From Planctomycetota bacterium (lineage in GTDB: Bacteria > Planctomycetota > UBA1135 > UBA2386): a stretch of DNA of 64,000 nt. Within the stretch, counting starts at the first letter, position 1, and each line of letters begins with the position of its first letter. The notes under the pieces were generated by a model. The model was not told where the DNA came from. It ran no database searches and was given only the letters and a program-made list of their open reading frames with translations. A program made the translations under genes and the position numbers. Shown here piece by piece: positions 16,247-26,827 of the stretch. Location: NCBI GenBank assembly GCA_965223545.1, contig OZ245006.1, positions 4,704,001 through 4,768,000 on the forward strand. Direction: 5' to 3'.

Positions 16247-18784
16247 TCAACGAAAGCCGAGCTCCAGCCCGTTGGTGTAGCCGATGCCCGAGGCGCGCGC
16301 GCCGTCGACGATGAAGCACTGCAAGAACACCTGTGCGCCACTGGCGGCAGGCGGCACCGGCCACGACAGGGAGGCCTTGCCCGCGCCCGCTCCGGCGCCC
16401 GCCAGTGCCAGGGGAACGGCGACCAGCGGGGGCGCCACCAGCAGCTGAGTGCCCGGCAACGGGGTGCCAGGCAGCGCTGCGCGCGCGGTGCCGAACACGA
16501 GCGCGGCGGGCGCGCCGCCGAGTGCGCCCGTCACCCGCAGCTCGGTCACCTCGCCGACCCGGAACGGGCCGCTGGCTCCCAATGCCGGCACCGCCCCGCC
16601 GGTGCCCTGGGTCGCCGTCCCATATTGCTGGCGGAAGCCGCCGTCGAGCGTCGTTCCCCGCACCATGCGGTCGCCGGCCCACGCATCCTGGTCACCATCG
16701 CCATCGGTGTCGAAGACGAGCTGGAACGGAATGGCTTGCAAGAACGGCGCGTGCCAGCCGCCGCCCACCTTGCCGCGGATCACCCAGGTCGTGTCCGGCG
16801 CGAAGTTCTCCTCACCGGCGAGGATGTCGGGAGCTCCGTCCTGGTCGACGTCGGTGCACGCCAAGCGCAAGAAGCGCAGGATGCGGGTGGGGATCGTGTG
16901 GGTGCCGAAGGTTCGGTTTCCCAGGTTCTCGTAGACGATGACCGCCCCCGTCGTGGCTTGGCAGACGTCGAGGTCGCCGTCGCCGTCGGCATCGGCGATC
17001 AGGTCGCGACCCAACGTCCCGATCGCGGTCGGGCTCGGATCCCAGATGCCCGCGCCGCTGCCCCAGTAGAGCTGGTGGTCCAGGGTCAGCACGTCGATCC
17101 AGCCGTCGCCGTCGACGTCGGCAGCGGCGGACGGCCGATCGGAGAACGCGGTGGCCGGACCCTGGCTGAAGAAGCCACTGCCGTCGTTGATGCCGGCGAA
17201 CGCCGTCGCCTGATCCGGCACTAGGTCGAGATCGCCGTCACCATCCAGATCCACCGTCAGCACCTGGCCGGGCAAGCCGCGGCTGGGTGGTGCGGTCAAG
17301 AGGCTCACGCCGGGGGCGGCCGCCGGCCCGCCGTCGACGAGCAGGCCGCCGCCCTCGTTGCGAAGCAGCACCAGCTGGAAGAAGAGCCCGCCATCTTGCT
17401 GAGGCGCGATCTGGTCGTCGTCGCCATCGCCGTCGAAGTCACCGGCCCACGCGCTCGACTCGAGGCTGGGGATCGGCGGTCGGGTGGGTTGAAGGACGCG
17501 CATCCAGCCGGCCCCATCGTTGATCAGATACTGCACTCGGCTGCCCAGGGGCACCCGCACGTCCAGGTCGCCGTCGCCGTCGAAGTCGAGTTCGTTGCCG
17601 CTGAAGGTCTGTGGCGAGCCGCTGAACGGCTGCGGCACCCGCCGGAAGCCGTCCTGGTTGAGCAGCACGCTGCGGCCGGCCAGCAGGTCTGGGTCGCCGT
17701 CGCCATCGAGGTCGGCGAGGCCGGCGAGGCCGGAGCTTCCCAGCGCGGGGATCGACCAGAAAGTGCTGAACTGGCCGGTGCCGTCGTTGAGCGAGACCAG
17801 AAACGGAGTGCGGCGGAGGTTGGCGCCGCTCAGAGGCATGCGAAACGATGGGTTGCAGGCAGCCGCGTCGAGGTCGCCGTCGCCGTCGAGGTCGGCGAGT
17901 TGCTCGCACGCGACGAGATTCTGCACGGGTTCGGCGACGAAGGTCGGCCCGGTGGCGCGCTGCACCGCGCTCCTCGCGGCGCCGTCGGAGACCACGATGT
18001 CCAGATCGGCGTCGCCATCGATGTCCCCGACGGCCGCAAGGTACACGCCGAACGACGCGGAGACCCCGTGGAGCCAAGACGCCGTGGAGCTGAGCGAAGC
18101 ACCATCGAAGTCGTAGATCGTGCACTGGCGCGCATCGGTGACCAACAGCTCGGTCTTGCCGTCGCGATCGAGGTCGACGACGTCGATGTCGAACGCCGCG
18201 CCGGTCGCGCTGGCCGCGATCGGGAACGAGGTGCCGCGGTTGAGGCGGATGCGGAATCCAGTGCCCGACACGGGGTCGTGGCCGGCGACGATGAGATCGT
18301 CGGCGCCATCGCCGTCCAGGTCGGCGGTGATGATCCTGCTCGCGGCCGCCGTGGTCGTCCACGCGGCCATCGGCACGGGTTGGCCGGTCGCGCGCGATTG
18401 GAGCAACATGGTCGTGCCGTCGTCGAAGATCAGTGCTACGTCGGCGCGCCCGTCGCCGTCGAAGTCGCCGGTACCCGATGCGGCGAGGGTATTGACGAAG
18501 GTCATCGACCACGCTGCGTCGAACCACCCCGAGCCGTCGTTGAACCAGGCGGAGACCTTTGACCCGGTGGCCGTCAGCATCCAGCCGACAGCGTCGAGGT
18601 CGCCGTCCGCGTCGAGGTCCGCGGTGTGCAGCGCGCGCTCGGTCTCATCGAAGGCGATCACCGGCGCGTCGAACGGCGGCTCTGGTCGCTGCGCTCCTGC
18701 GAGGTCGGTGCCGAGGAGGACGCCGAGTGCGGCGAGCGGAAGGAGGGTGGGCGGCGGTGGCCCCGGCGTGCGTTCACAGGACAT
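16247..18784 (-). CDS. Secreted FG-GAP/VCBS repeat protein with shared C-terminal domain
   Basis: More than ten DxDGDGxxD repeats, a signal peptide and a GGAG RBS. Confidence 0.88.
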   Translation of the reverse strand: MSCERTPGPPPPTLLPLAALGVLLGTDLAGAQRPEPPFDAPVIAFDETERALHTADLDADGDLDAVGWMLTATGSKVSAWFNDGSGWFDAAWSMTFVNTLAASGTGDFDGDGRADVALIFDDGTTMLLQSRATGQPVPMAAWTTTAAASRIITADLDGDGADDLIVAGHDPVSGTGFRIRLNRGTSFPIAASATGAAFDIDVVDLDRDGKTELLVTDARQCTIYDFDGASLSSTASWLHGVSASFGVYLAAVGDIDGDADLDIVVSDGAARSAVQRATGPTFVAEPVQNLVACEQLADLDGDGDLDAAACNPSFRMPLSGANLRRTPFLVSLNDGTGQFSTFWSIPALGSSGLAGLADLDGDGDPDLLAGRSVLLNQDGFRRVPQPFSGSPQTFSGNELDFDGDGDLDVRVPLGSRVQYLINDGAGWMRVLQPTRPPIPSLESSAWAGDFDGDGDDDQIAPQQDGGLFFQLVLLRNEGGGLLVDGGPAAAPGVSLLTAPPSRGLPGQVLTVDLDGDGDLDLVPDQATAFAGINDGSGFFSQGPATAFSDRPSAAADVDGDGWIDVLTLDHQLYWGSGAGIWDPSPTAIGTLGRDLIADADGDGDLDVCQATTGAVIVYENLGNRTFGTHTIPTRILRFLRLACTDVDQDGAPDILAGEENFAPDTTWVIRGKVGGGWHAPFLQAIPFQLVFDTDGDGDQDAWAGDRMVRGTTLDGGFRQQYGTATQGTGGAVPALGASGPFRVGEVTELRVTGALGGAPAALVFGTARAALPGTPLPGTQLLVAPPLVAVPLALAGAGAGAGKASLSWPVPPAASGAQVFLQCFIVDGARASGIGYTNGLELGFR

Positions 18785-18885
18785 CGATCAGCTCCTCCGG
18801 AGGGCGTGGCCGCTGGCGCCACGCGGGGCCGACCATTGTAGCGCGTCGTGCGGCTCGGTGTCGGTGGGCCTAAGATCGGGGGCGC

Positions 18886-20289
18886 ATGGTGGGCGCATCG
18901 GTGGACCGGCCGCGCGGGTGGCGTGCACTGGGTCGCGGCGCGGTCGTGAGCGGCGTCGTTCTCGGTGCGGCCTTCGTGCTCTCTTGGCTCGGTCGAGACG
19001 GCGGTGCGATCTGGTCATCACCGCTCGTGCCGCCGGCGACGACGACGCCGAAGCAGGTCGACCCCGCCGCTCGTGCACCAGCTGTGCCTTTGCTGTCGGA
19101 CGAGGAGGCCGCCGAGGCCGGCGCGCGCTCCGACCCACCTGCACCACGGATCCCGGTTGCGGCTGCGGACTCGGCCGGGGGATCCGGTGCGGTTGCCACT
19201 CCGGCCCACGTCGGTCTCGTGCGCTTCGCGGTGCGCGATTCCACTGGTGCGTCGCCGGACGCGGTCACGATCCGGTTTGGCAGCGTGGACCGCTGGGGCG
19301 AGTACCACGGCGCGGCGGCGGCAACCACCCGCCTGACCGCCGGTGTGTACGACCTGATCGTGTCGCTCGGCGGACACGAGCCGCTTTCGCGGGCCGGCGT
19401 CGAGGTGCGACCGCAACACGTCACCGACTTGGGAGTGTTGCAGTTGGTGCGCGGAGCGGGCGCGATCGGCGGCACGATCGCCGGTCCGGCCGTGGCTGCC
19501 GACGAGTCCGTCCGGGTGGCGCTCTTCGGCCGCGGCCGTGCGCGGTGTGGGCTGTGCCCGACCTCGGCGGTCGAGCGCGATGGTCACGCCGCTTGTTGTG
19601 GCTACTCCGAGCGCTCGACTTCGCGCAGCGTGGATGCCGACCGACGCTTCCTCTTCCGCGGCCTGGCGGCCGGCGTCTATCACCTCGTGGTGCGCATCGG
19701 CACCGCCCGTCATCCGGTGGTCCGCACCGTGGAGTTGGCGCGCGGAGACACCGAAATGGTCACGATCACTCGAGAAGCGGAGCACTCGGTATCGCTGCGG
19801 CTGCTGCGTGCAGACGGCGCTCCGTACTTTGCGCGCGCGGATCGCGGCATCCGGTCGGTCAGCGCGGAGGATCTCGTCGAAGAGTCCGAAGGTCATGAGG
19901 ACTCGTTCTTGGTGTTTCGTGCGCTCGAGGACGAGGCGCTGCTCGGGTCGGCGACGGCACAGGTGTATCTGGACCGGGGCGCCTGGATGACCGAGGTCTC
20001 GGTGAGCGAGGCCTGGGCGGTCGTAGCCGACCTCGAGGCGCCGATCGACCGCGCCCGCGGACCGCGGGATGAGCTGCGGTTTTCCTCCCCGCGCCCGCGC
20101 CCGGCAGTCTCGATCGACGCAGTCGGGCGCGATGCCAACCACTGGACGCTGGCGCCGTTGCCGGCACGGCAGCTTCGCATCGAGGTGGCTTTCCGCGGCG
20201 ATGCGGGGGCCGCGGTGGTCGACCTTCGCCACGGCAACCGGGATGGCGTTGGTGTCGTCCTGCGCCCGCGGAGGCGGGCTGGTTCTTGA
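18886..20289 (+). CDS. Membrane-anchored protein with carboxypeptidase-regulatory-like (transthyretin-like) domains
   Basis: N-terminal TM, Pro/Ala linker, and motifs 'LTAGVYDLIV', 'GAIGGTI' and 'FLFRGLAAGVYHL'. Confidence 0.6.
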   Translation: MVGASVDRPRGWRALGRGAVVSGVVLGAAFVLSWLGRDGGAIWSSPLVPPATTTPKQVDPAARAPAVPLLSDEEAAEAGARSDPPAPRIPVAAADSAGGSGAVATPAHVGLVRFAVRDSTGASPDAVTIRFGSVDRWGEYHGAAAATTRLTAGVYDLIVSLGGHEPLSRAGVEVRPQHVTDLGVLQLVRGAGAIGGTIAGPAVAADESVRVALFGRGRARCGLCPTSAVERDGHAACCGYSERSTSRSVDADRRFLFRGLAAGVYHLVVRIGTARHPVVRTVELARGDTEMVTITREAEHSVSLRLLRADGAPYFARADRGIRSVSAEDLVEESEGHEDSFLVFRALEDEALLGSATAQVYLDRGAWMTEVSVSEAWAVVADLEAPIDRARGPRDELRFSSPRPRPAVSIDAVGRDANHWTLAPLPARQLRIEVAFRGDAGAAVVDLRHGNRDGVGVVLRPRRRAGS

Positions 20290-20411
20290 GCGGCGCTGCG
20301 TCCGCCAAGCGGCGCAGAACAGCGAGATCCGCTCGGAAACACACCGGCGGCGCGAAGATTGCAGTCAGCCAAAACTGCGTGGTTTCGCCGTCTTCGGTCG
20401 CGCGCTGTCCT

Positions 20412-21707
20412 ATGGTCTCGCCCATGCACGTCACGCACCCACGTTCGGTGGCGACGCTGCGGCGCGCGTTCTCCCGCATCCGCGGCGAGACGAGACGCCT
20501 GGTCGACCCGCTCACGCCGGAGGACTGCATCGTCCAGACGATGCCCGACGTCAGTCCGACGCGGTGGCACTTGGCACACACGACGTGGTTCTTCGAGACG
20601 TTTGTCCTGGCGGCAGTGGAGGAGGACTACGAGCCCTTCGATCCCGCGTTCGCCTATCTGTTCAACTCGTACTACGAATCGGTCGGCAACCAGTATCCCC
20701 GCGCGCAGCGCGGCTTGCTGTCGCGCCCTGGCCTGGCGCGGGTCCTGGACTACCGCCGGGAGGTCGAGCAGCGCGTGTTGGCTTGGCTGGAGCGGGTCGA
20801 CCCGGAGCGCGACGCCGCCATGTTGGCGCGCATCGAGCTCGGGCTGCAGCACGAGCAGCAGCATCAAGAGCTGATCTTGACCGACATCAAGCACGTGCTG
20901 GGGCACAACCCGATCGGTCCGGTCTATCGCCACGACGCAATCGACGAGCGGCCGATCCAAGCACCACCGTTGCGCTACTCGCGGCATGCCGAGGGGTTGG
21001 CCGAGATCGGTGTTGCTCGTGACGCCAGGCACTTCTGCTTCGACAACGAGCGGCCGCGGCATCGCGTGTTCCAGCCGGCGTTCGAGTTCGCCAGCCGGCT
21101 CGTCACCAACTCCGAGTATCTCGAGTTCATGACAGACGGCGGCTACGAGCGGCCGGAGCTGTGGCTGGCGGACGGTTGGGCCACGGTGCGGCGCGACGGG
21201 TGGAACGCGCCACTGTATTGGCGCCGAGTGGATGGCGAGTGGCGTGAGTTCACGTTAGCGGGGGTCGTCTCGCTCCGGCCGGCGCGGCCGGTGTGCCACG
21301 TGAGTTATTACGAAGCGGATGCCTTCGCCCGCTGGGCGGGAGCCCGGTTGCCGACCGAGGCCGAGTGGGAGATCGCGGCGTCCGGATCGAGCACCGAGTC
21401 GCCGCCTGACGGCGCCGTGCACCCGCGCGCGGCCTCGGCCATGGAAGACCATGACCCGGTCCGTGCAACCCAGCTCTACGGCGATGTCTGGCAGTGGACC
21501 TCTAGCGCCTATGCTCCCTACCCGGGATACCGACCGCTGGCGGGCTCGCTCGGCGAGTACAACGGCAAGTTCATGAGCGGCCAGCAGGTGCTGCGGGGCA
21601 GCTCGTGCGCCACCCCGCTCGGTCACGCGCGCTCCAGCTACCGCAACTTCTTCTACCCCCACCAGCGCTGGCAGTTCGCGGGCCTGCGGTTGGCTCGCGA
21701 CGTGTGA
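20412..21707 (+). CDS. egtB: Ergothioneine biosynthesis sulfoxide synthase
   Basis: DinB-like 'MPDVSPTRWHLAHTTWFFETF', iron ligands 'HEQQHQE', FGE-sulfatase domain 'RLPTEAEWE', 'EYNGKFM' and 'YRNFF'. Start is ATG 20412 or 20424. Confidence 0.92.
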   Translation: MVSPMHVTHPRSVATLRRAFSRIRGETRRLVDPLTPEDCIVQTMPDVSPTRWHLAHTTWFFETFVLAAVEEDYEPFDPAFAYLFNSYYESVGNQYPRAQRGLLSRPGLARVLDYRREVEQRVLAWLERVDPERDAAMLARIELGLQHEQQHQELILTDIKHVLGHNPIGPVYRHDAIDERPIQAPPLRYSRHAEGLAEIGVARDARHFCFDNERPRHRVFQPAFEFASRLVTNSEYLEFMTDGGYERPELWLADGWATVRRDGWNAPLYWRRVDGEWREFTLAGVVSLRPARPVCHVSYYEADAFARWAGARLPTEAEWEIAASGSSTESPPDGAVHPRAASAMEDHDPVRATQLYGDVWQWTSSAYAPYPGYRPLAGSLGEYNGKFMSGQQVLRGSSCATPLGHARSSYRNFFYPHQRWQFAGLRLARDV

Positions 21708-21731
21708 ACGCGCAAGACAGAGACAGTGCCG

Positions 21732-22001
21732 TCAGGATCGCCGGCGCCGGCTGTTGCCGCGTTCCGGAGGGGTCGGCCGACTCCCGTCGCTCGGGCTTGC
21801 GCGCCCGGCGAACTCCAGCAGGGCCTCGCCACCGAAGGTGAGATAGCCACCGATCAGCAAGCCCGGCGCCGCTGCCTTCGCGGCCAGCCAACCCGCCTCG
21901 TTGGCGATGAGGGCGGCGCTGAGCAGGCCGCTGATCGCGGTGGTGAGCATGTAGATGCCGATCACTTTGACCGCGAGCCACAGCCACTCATGTCTGTTCA
22001 T
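21732..22001 (-). CDS. Small two-TM membrane protein (89 aa, MNRHEWLWLAVKVIGIY...)
   Basis: The last 89 codons of a long shadow ORF encode two clear hydrophobic helices from ATG 22001. Confidence 0.6.
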   Translation of the reverse strand: MNRHEWLWLAVKVIGIYMLTTAISGLLSAALIANEAGWLAAKAAAPGLLIGGYLTFGGEALLEFAGRASPSDGSRPTPPERGNSRRRRS

Positions 22002-22084
22002 CGCCGGAGTGTAGTCTCGGCTCCGCCCGATATTCACTCTTGCGCGACACGCCCTCGCCGGTGTGGTCTCGCCGGCGCGCGACA

Positions 22085-23890
22085 CTAACGGTCCCGCGAT
22101 CGCACCCAGCGCAGGATGCGCGAACGCGGCAGCACGGCGGCAGGTTCGGGTGGGGCGAACCCGAGCGCGCGCAGCTCCGCTTCGCGGGCGAGGCGCCGGG
22201 CCTCGATGCCGCCGTGCGCGCGCAGGCGCCGGCGGGCGGGCGTGGAGTCGTTGCCGTCGGAGACGACGATCGAGTACGCGACGGGGGCGGTGGCGAGCCG
22301 CGCTTGGTCGAGAAACCGCGCGGGGTTCCGCATTCCCAAGCGCAGCAGGCGCGCGTGGATCAGCGGCCCGGCCTCGACCAGCACAGCGTCCTCGCGCGGC
22401 AGGTGCTCGGCGAGCCAGGCGGTGGCCGCGTCGATGTCGAGGTAGCCCAAGTGCCAGGGGTTGTCGACGTGGGGACGCAACGCGACCGCGCGCGTCGCCT
22501 GGCCGGCGGCGAGTACGCCGCAGACCGCGACAGCCAGTATGATGCCGAGCGGCCGCCCGCCGGCGGTCCACCGCGCGACCTGGGCGATGCCGGTGCCGGT
22601 GATGGTCGCGGCCGTGAGGAAGAGATAGGGCAGCGCCCACATCGGTGGCGCCAGCCCGGTCGCGGCGTAGACGAGGGCGTAGCCGCCGAGGGCGGCGCTG
22701 GCCAACGGCCAGCCGCGCACCAGTCCCGCGAAGAAGCACAGCAGCGCCGGGAAACGGAGTGCGGCTGGCAAGCAGTAGAGGTACTGCTCGCCGAGCTCGG
22801 CAAGCAGACCGGCGGCTGCCGCCAGCGAGTGCGTTTCGCGCCCCGCCAGCCACGCCAGCTGCACGCCGGTATCGTCCGTGCTCGGGGTCACAAAGAAGGC
22901 CGGCATGTAGGCCAAGGCGGCGAGAGCGGCACCGGCCAGCGCCGCGGTCGCGGCGCGCCGCAGCGCCGTGGTCGCGGCAGCCCCACCGCGTGGCGTCGCG
23001 CGCAGTCCGGCCAAGAGCACGACGCAGGCCAGCGGATAGGCCATCATCGGCACCGCGAACAGCCCGAGGGCGGCGACGGTGGCGAAGGCCCAGGCGGCGA
23101 CCGGCGGGGCGCGATCCGCGGTCGATCGCACCAGCAGCAACAACCCGGCGAACGCCGCGTTGATCATCGTGTAGCCGCGCGCGTTGGTGCACAGATCGAC
23201 GTGGTAGTACGACGTGGCGACCAGCGCGGCGACACAGAGCGCGGCCGAGGTGCCGCCGTGCCGGCGCACCGCGGCGGCGAGCAGCGCGATGGTGGCGAGT
23301 CCGAACAGGAAGGCCGGCAAGCGCAGCACCGGATCGCTTTCGCCCAAGACGAGCGTTGCCGTCCGGGCTGCCATGGAATGCAGGATGTGGTTGTTCGGAT
23401 CGGCGTAGTCGGTGGCGATCCGCACGTACGACGCGCGCACCGAATGCAAGAGCGTGTGTGCCTCGTCGACACGCAGGCCGAGCGAGAGGCGGGGCACGGT
23501 CAGCAGAGCTGCCAGCGCGATGATGGCGAGCAGCGCACCGCGCGCCGCCGTCCACCGCCAGCCGACGTCGTGCCAGGCGGTGCGCAGCTCGGCGGCGCGG
23601 GCGGCGAGCGTGGCGCGCAGCGCCGCGCGCCTGCGCACGCAGGTGGCCGCGGCACCGGCCGCCATCGCCGCGATCAACCAGAGCCACGGCCGTCGGCCTT
23701 CGATTTGATGCCACGTCCGGTCGTCGATGTGCCCATCCGCCGAAAGCGTCTCGAGCCAGCCGCGCACGTTGTCGGCGGGCGCGGCTGCTGCGACCGCCGC
23801 GACCAGGGCGACGATCGCACCGCCGGCGGCGAGCCACCACGGCGCCGACCGCCAGCGGCTAAGTTGCAACTGCCTCGACCGCGAGGGCAT
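22085..23890 (-). CDS. GT-C fold membrane glycosyltransferase (PMT_2/GT39-like)
   Basis: 'LRVDEAHT', 'YADPNNHILHS', 'LRLPAFLFG' and 'NARGY', with multiple TM helices. Confidence 0.75.
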   Translation of the reverse strand: MPSRSRQLQLSRWRSAPWWLAAGGAIVALVAAVAAAAPADNVRGWLETLSADGHIDDRTWHQIEGRRPWLWLIAAMAAGAAATCVRRRAALRATLAARAAELRTAWHDVGWRWTAARGALLAIIALAALLTVPRLSLGLRVDEAHTLLHSVRASYVRIATDYADPNNHILHSMAARTATLVLGESDPVLRLPAFLFGLATIALLAAAVRRHGGTSAALCVAALVATSYYHVDLCTNARGYTMINAAFAGLLLLVRSTADRAPPVAAWAFATVAALGLFAVPMMAYPLACVVLLAGLRATPRGGAAATTALRRAATAALAGAALAALAYMPAFFVTPSTDDTGVQLAWLAGRETHSLAAAAGLLAELGEQYLYCLPAALRFPALLCFFAGLVRGWPLASAALGGYALVYAATGLAPPMWALPYLFLTAATITGTGIAQVARWTAGGRPLGIILAVAVCGVLAAGQATRAVALRPHVDNPWHLGYLDIDAATAWLAEHLPREDAVLVEAGPLIHARLLRLGMRNPARFLDQARLATAPVAYSIVVSDGNDSTPARRRLRAHGGIEARRLAREAELRALGFAPPEPAAVLPRSRILRWVRSRDR

Positions 23891-23903
23891 GGTCACGGTG
23901 GGC

Positions 23904-26827
23904 TTACATCTCGTCCAGCGAGGGGCCGCGACCGAGCCGTTTGAAGCTCGCACGCTCGCGTGCGCCCAGAAACTCCAGCTCTTCTTCGAGCAGGGCCAGC
24001 AGGTGTCCTCCCTCGGTGGGCGCGCGGTTCTCGAACACCTGCCGGAGGGTCTCGCTGGCGGTTGGCACGGCACTCTCCTTCTTGGCGAGGTCCAGCAGCC
24101 AGTCGACCGAGTCGCACATCTGCGCGAACAGATAGATCGGGCCGCGCCACCACTCCTGCGTCAAGTAGCTGCGCAGACTGAGCGCTCGATTCTCGTGAAA
24201 GTGGCGCGCGACCATGTACTCCTGGTAGCGCAGGTGGCCAAACCCCAGCATGCCGTCATCGGTCATTGGCACGAGGACGTTGCAAGGGTCGGCGAGCTCG
24301 CCGACCGCGTCACGCAGCCGCCGCTGCCTTGCCTCCGGTGCGTCGGTGTCGACTACGCAGCGTTCCAGGGTCTCGATGGGGGCGTCCCGCAGACCCTGCT
24401 GGTGAAGCCAGAAGGCGATCTTGCGCGCGGCGAGCCACAAATCCTCGCGTAACGACGTCAGGCGTCGGAAGCCTCGCTGCGTGTCGTATGCGCCGAGCAG
24501 CAGATTCATCCGTTCTTGGTAGAGGCGAAGTTCCGTTTCTGGCAAAGGGACCGAGGCCTCTTGGAGGATGCAGAGCACCGTGGCGAGGAGTGGTGATTTC
24601 GTGATCTCCGCGACTTCGTGATTCTGTTCAAGGTGCGCCTGGATCCGCAAACTGTCATCGCCCGGGGTATTGGCGAACCAGCTTGCGATGAATGCGTCGC
24701 GCTGCTCGGTACGAAATGGCAGAAGGCGGATCGAGAAGAACGGGAGTTCCGCAACGTACGTGCCGGAGACCCGCGACGACGTGACGACCTGAACGGCGGG
24801 GAAGGTCTGTGCGAACTCGCGGATCTTCTCCAGGATCCAGGGCGCGCTCTTGATGGCCTCGTCGATGCCGTCGAGCAGAAGCACGCAGCGACTCTCGCAG
24901 AACGCTGTCTTGAAGGTTCGGGCGTCGACTCTCCCCCGGGTCAGAGTCGATAGGTAGTCGGTGAGCTGAGTGCACAGATCGGGGTCGGTCCTGGTTCGTG
25001 GAGTGTCCTTGTCTTCGCCACCGCGAGCGCTGGCCACCAGCTGGGCGAGCGGCACGAACAGCGGTAGGTCAACCGTTTCGGAGGTGAGCAGCGTTTCAGC
25101 GTACATCTGGAGTGCCGTGGTCTTGCCGGAGCCCGCCGGTCCGAGAACGGCGAAATTGACGCAGTGGCAAAGACCCGGTCCAGCGGCACTGTCAGCCGAA
25201 ACTCGCTCGTCCGCGGCTCGTCGCGGTGTGGGCAAAGCACGAGCTGACTCATCCGATCTCCACCGAACACAGTATCGATGGACTCGAACAACGTGGCGCA
25301 CTCGGTGATGAACCCCCGCAGCCGATGCACAGCTGGAAGCTGCTCGTTGTATGCGGCGACCGATTCTCGTAGCCACGCGCGCCTGTCTCGCAGGAACTCG
25401 ACAAGCTCGGTGCCATCGAACCGAACCTCGACGTCTGCGACGCGGGCGTGATGAAAGAGTGCACACTCGTCGATGGCGGCGAGCAAGCGGCGGAGACCGG
25501 GCACCAGGCCGGCCGGCGCAGCGGTCTCTTCCCGGGTCCCGGTACTTGGCTCAACCAGCGCGCTGATCGCCGTCACACACTCGTCGTAGGTTTGCAAGAA
25601 CAGCGGTGCGCCGCATTGGGCGACCGCCTGGATGCTCAGCGAGCGGGCGCGTACGTAGAGTTGGAAGTACGCCCAGAAGTCTGGGTTGTGCACGCCAGCG
25701 CGGGCGTGGTCGATCAAGCCCTTGGCGGCGTGGTCAGCGATGTCGATCACGGCCTGGACCTTGCCTATAAGTTGCCTCGTCAGTGGCCGGGGCACGAGGG
25801 TGCGATGGCGCTGCGCCAGCGGCCGCAGCAACCGCGCAAAGTCACCTTTTCCAGTAGTCGCCGTGTGCCAGGACTTGCCGAGAACCAGCGGTTTGCCGTC
25901 GAAGACTTCGTCATCGCAGCTCGCCAGAGCCTGCGCGAATGCGCCGCCGACTTCGAGGTACCTCGGGACCATCGTCTTGGGATCCCTCGCCGCGTCGATC
26001 GCCGCTTGCATCTTCGTCGGCAGCGTGCGCCACGCGATATCTGTGACCCGCACGCCCCAGTCGTTGCGCGCGACCTCGAGTCGATCGCGCTCGTCGTCTT
26101 CCCCGGCGAGCCATAGGTGGGCGTTGATCCAGAAGCGCTCCTCCCTCGCCTCTATCTCTGAGGCGAGGTACTTCGTCACTCCGGGTCGGGCGACGAGAAA
26201 ATCGATGTCGGTATAGATGTCCTTGGCCTGGCGCGGACGTGTGCCTCCTACCGCACCGACGAGGGCTCGATTGTCCAAATGGTCGCGGATGTAGCGCGCC
26301 ATGTCCGTGCTGATCCCCGCGAGGCTGCGAGCAAGAGTGGGGAGCTTCTTTTGGATCAGTTTCGCCAGGACTTGCCCGTCGACGATCTTGAGGTTGCGCG
26401 AACGCAGGCTGGCGATTGGCTCAAACCGTGATTCGAGGACCTTGGTGTCGACCGTGAACGGAGTCACGAAGTACACCGCAGATGGTCTGACCCGGTCGCC
26501 TTCCAGTGTGGGCAGGGTTTTCTCTGCGGCCTGCGACAGCTGGGTCACGATTTCCGAGAACGACCGCTGATCGGAGGCGCGGCGCGTCGGTTGATAGCGC
26601 TTCACCTGAACGACGGCGACCGTCCGGTTCTCGAGCTCGTCGGTGCCCCAGCAGACGAGGTCTTTGCCTTCTTCGTCCACCCCCCCGTAGTACTCCACTC
26701 GCTCGTAGCCGAGCTGTCGGAACAATGGGATCAAGACAGAGCGCGTAAGGTCATACTCGCTCATCTCGATCAAGGCATCGATGATGATCGCACTCGGAGC
26801 TTGCTGCGTTCCCTTGGGGTTGCCCAT
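23904..26827 (-). pseudogene. Mrr-like restriction endonuclease + NACHT (STAND) NTPase, split by a 1-nt frameshift near 25161 (real lesion or sequence error)
   Basis: The 5' ORF has 'VEYYGGVDEEGKDLV...VVQVKR' (D...QxK nuclease motif). The 3' ORF has Walker A GPAGSGKTT, Walker B 'LLLDGIDE', 'SPLLATVLC' and 'FGHLRYQEY'. The 2924-nt span becomes one 974-aa frame if one base is added. Confidence 0.82.

Noticed and set aside
16247..18784. Recurrent GTCGCCGTCGCCGTCGAGGTC-like DNA repeats as a possible CRISPR or tandem array
   Set aside because: They encode the DxDGDGD motifs of FG-GAP repeats. They are degenerate and irregularly spaced, and no cas genes are present.
20286..21707. Calling the EgtB homolog SenA (selenoneine synthase) because of the nearby selenoprotein
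   Set aside because: There is no adjacent senB or senC, and the motifs match ordinary EgtB.
22011..22036. GTAG-TCTCGG...CCGA-TATT as a fourth copy of the hairpin repeat
   Set aside because: It has only a 4-bp stem and weak sequence similarity to the other copies.
25140..25200. Programmed ribosomal frameshift or phase variation in the nuclease-NACHT gene
   Set aside because: No slippery heptamer, homopolymer or short tandem repeat is visible at the junction. A point deletion or sequence error is simpler.
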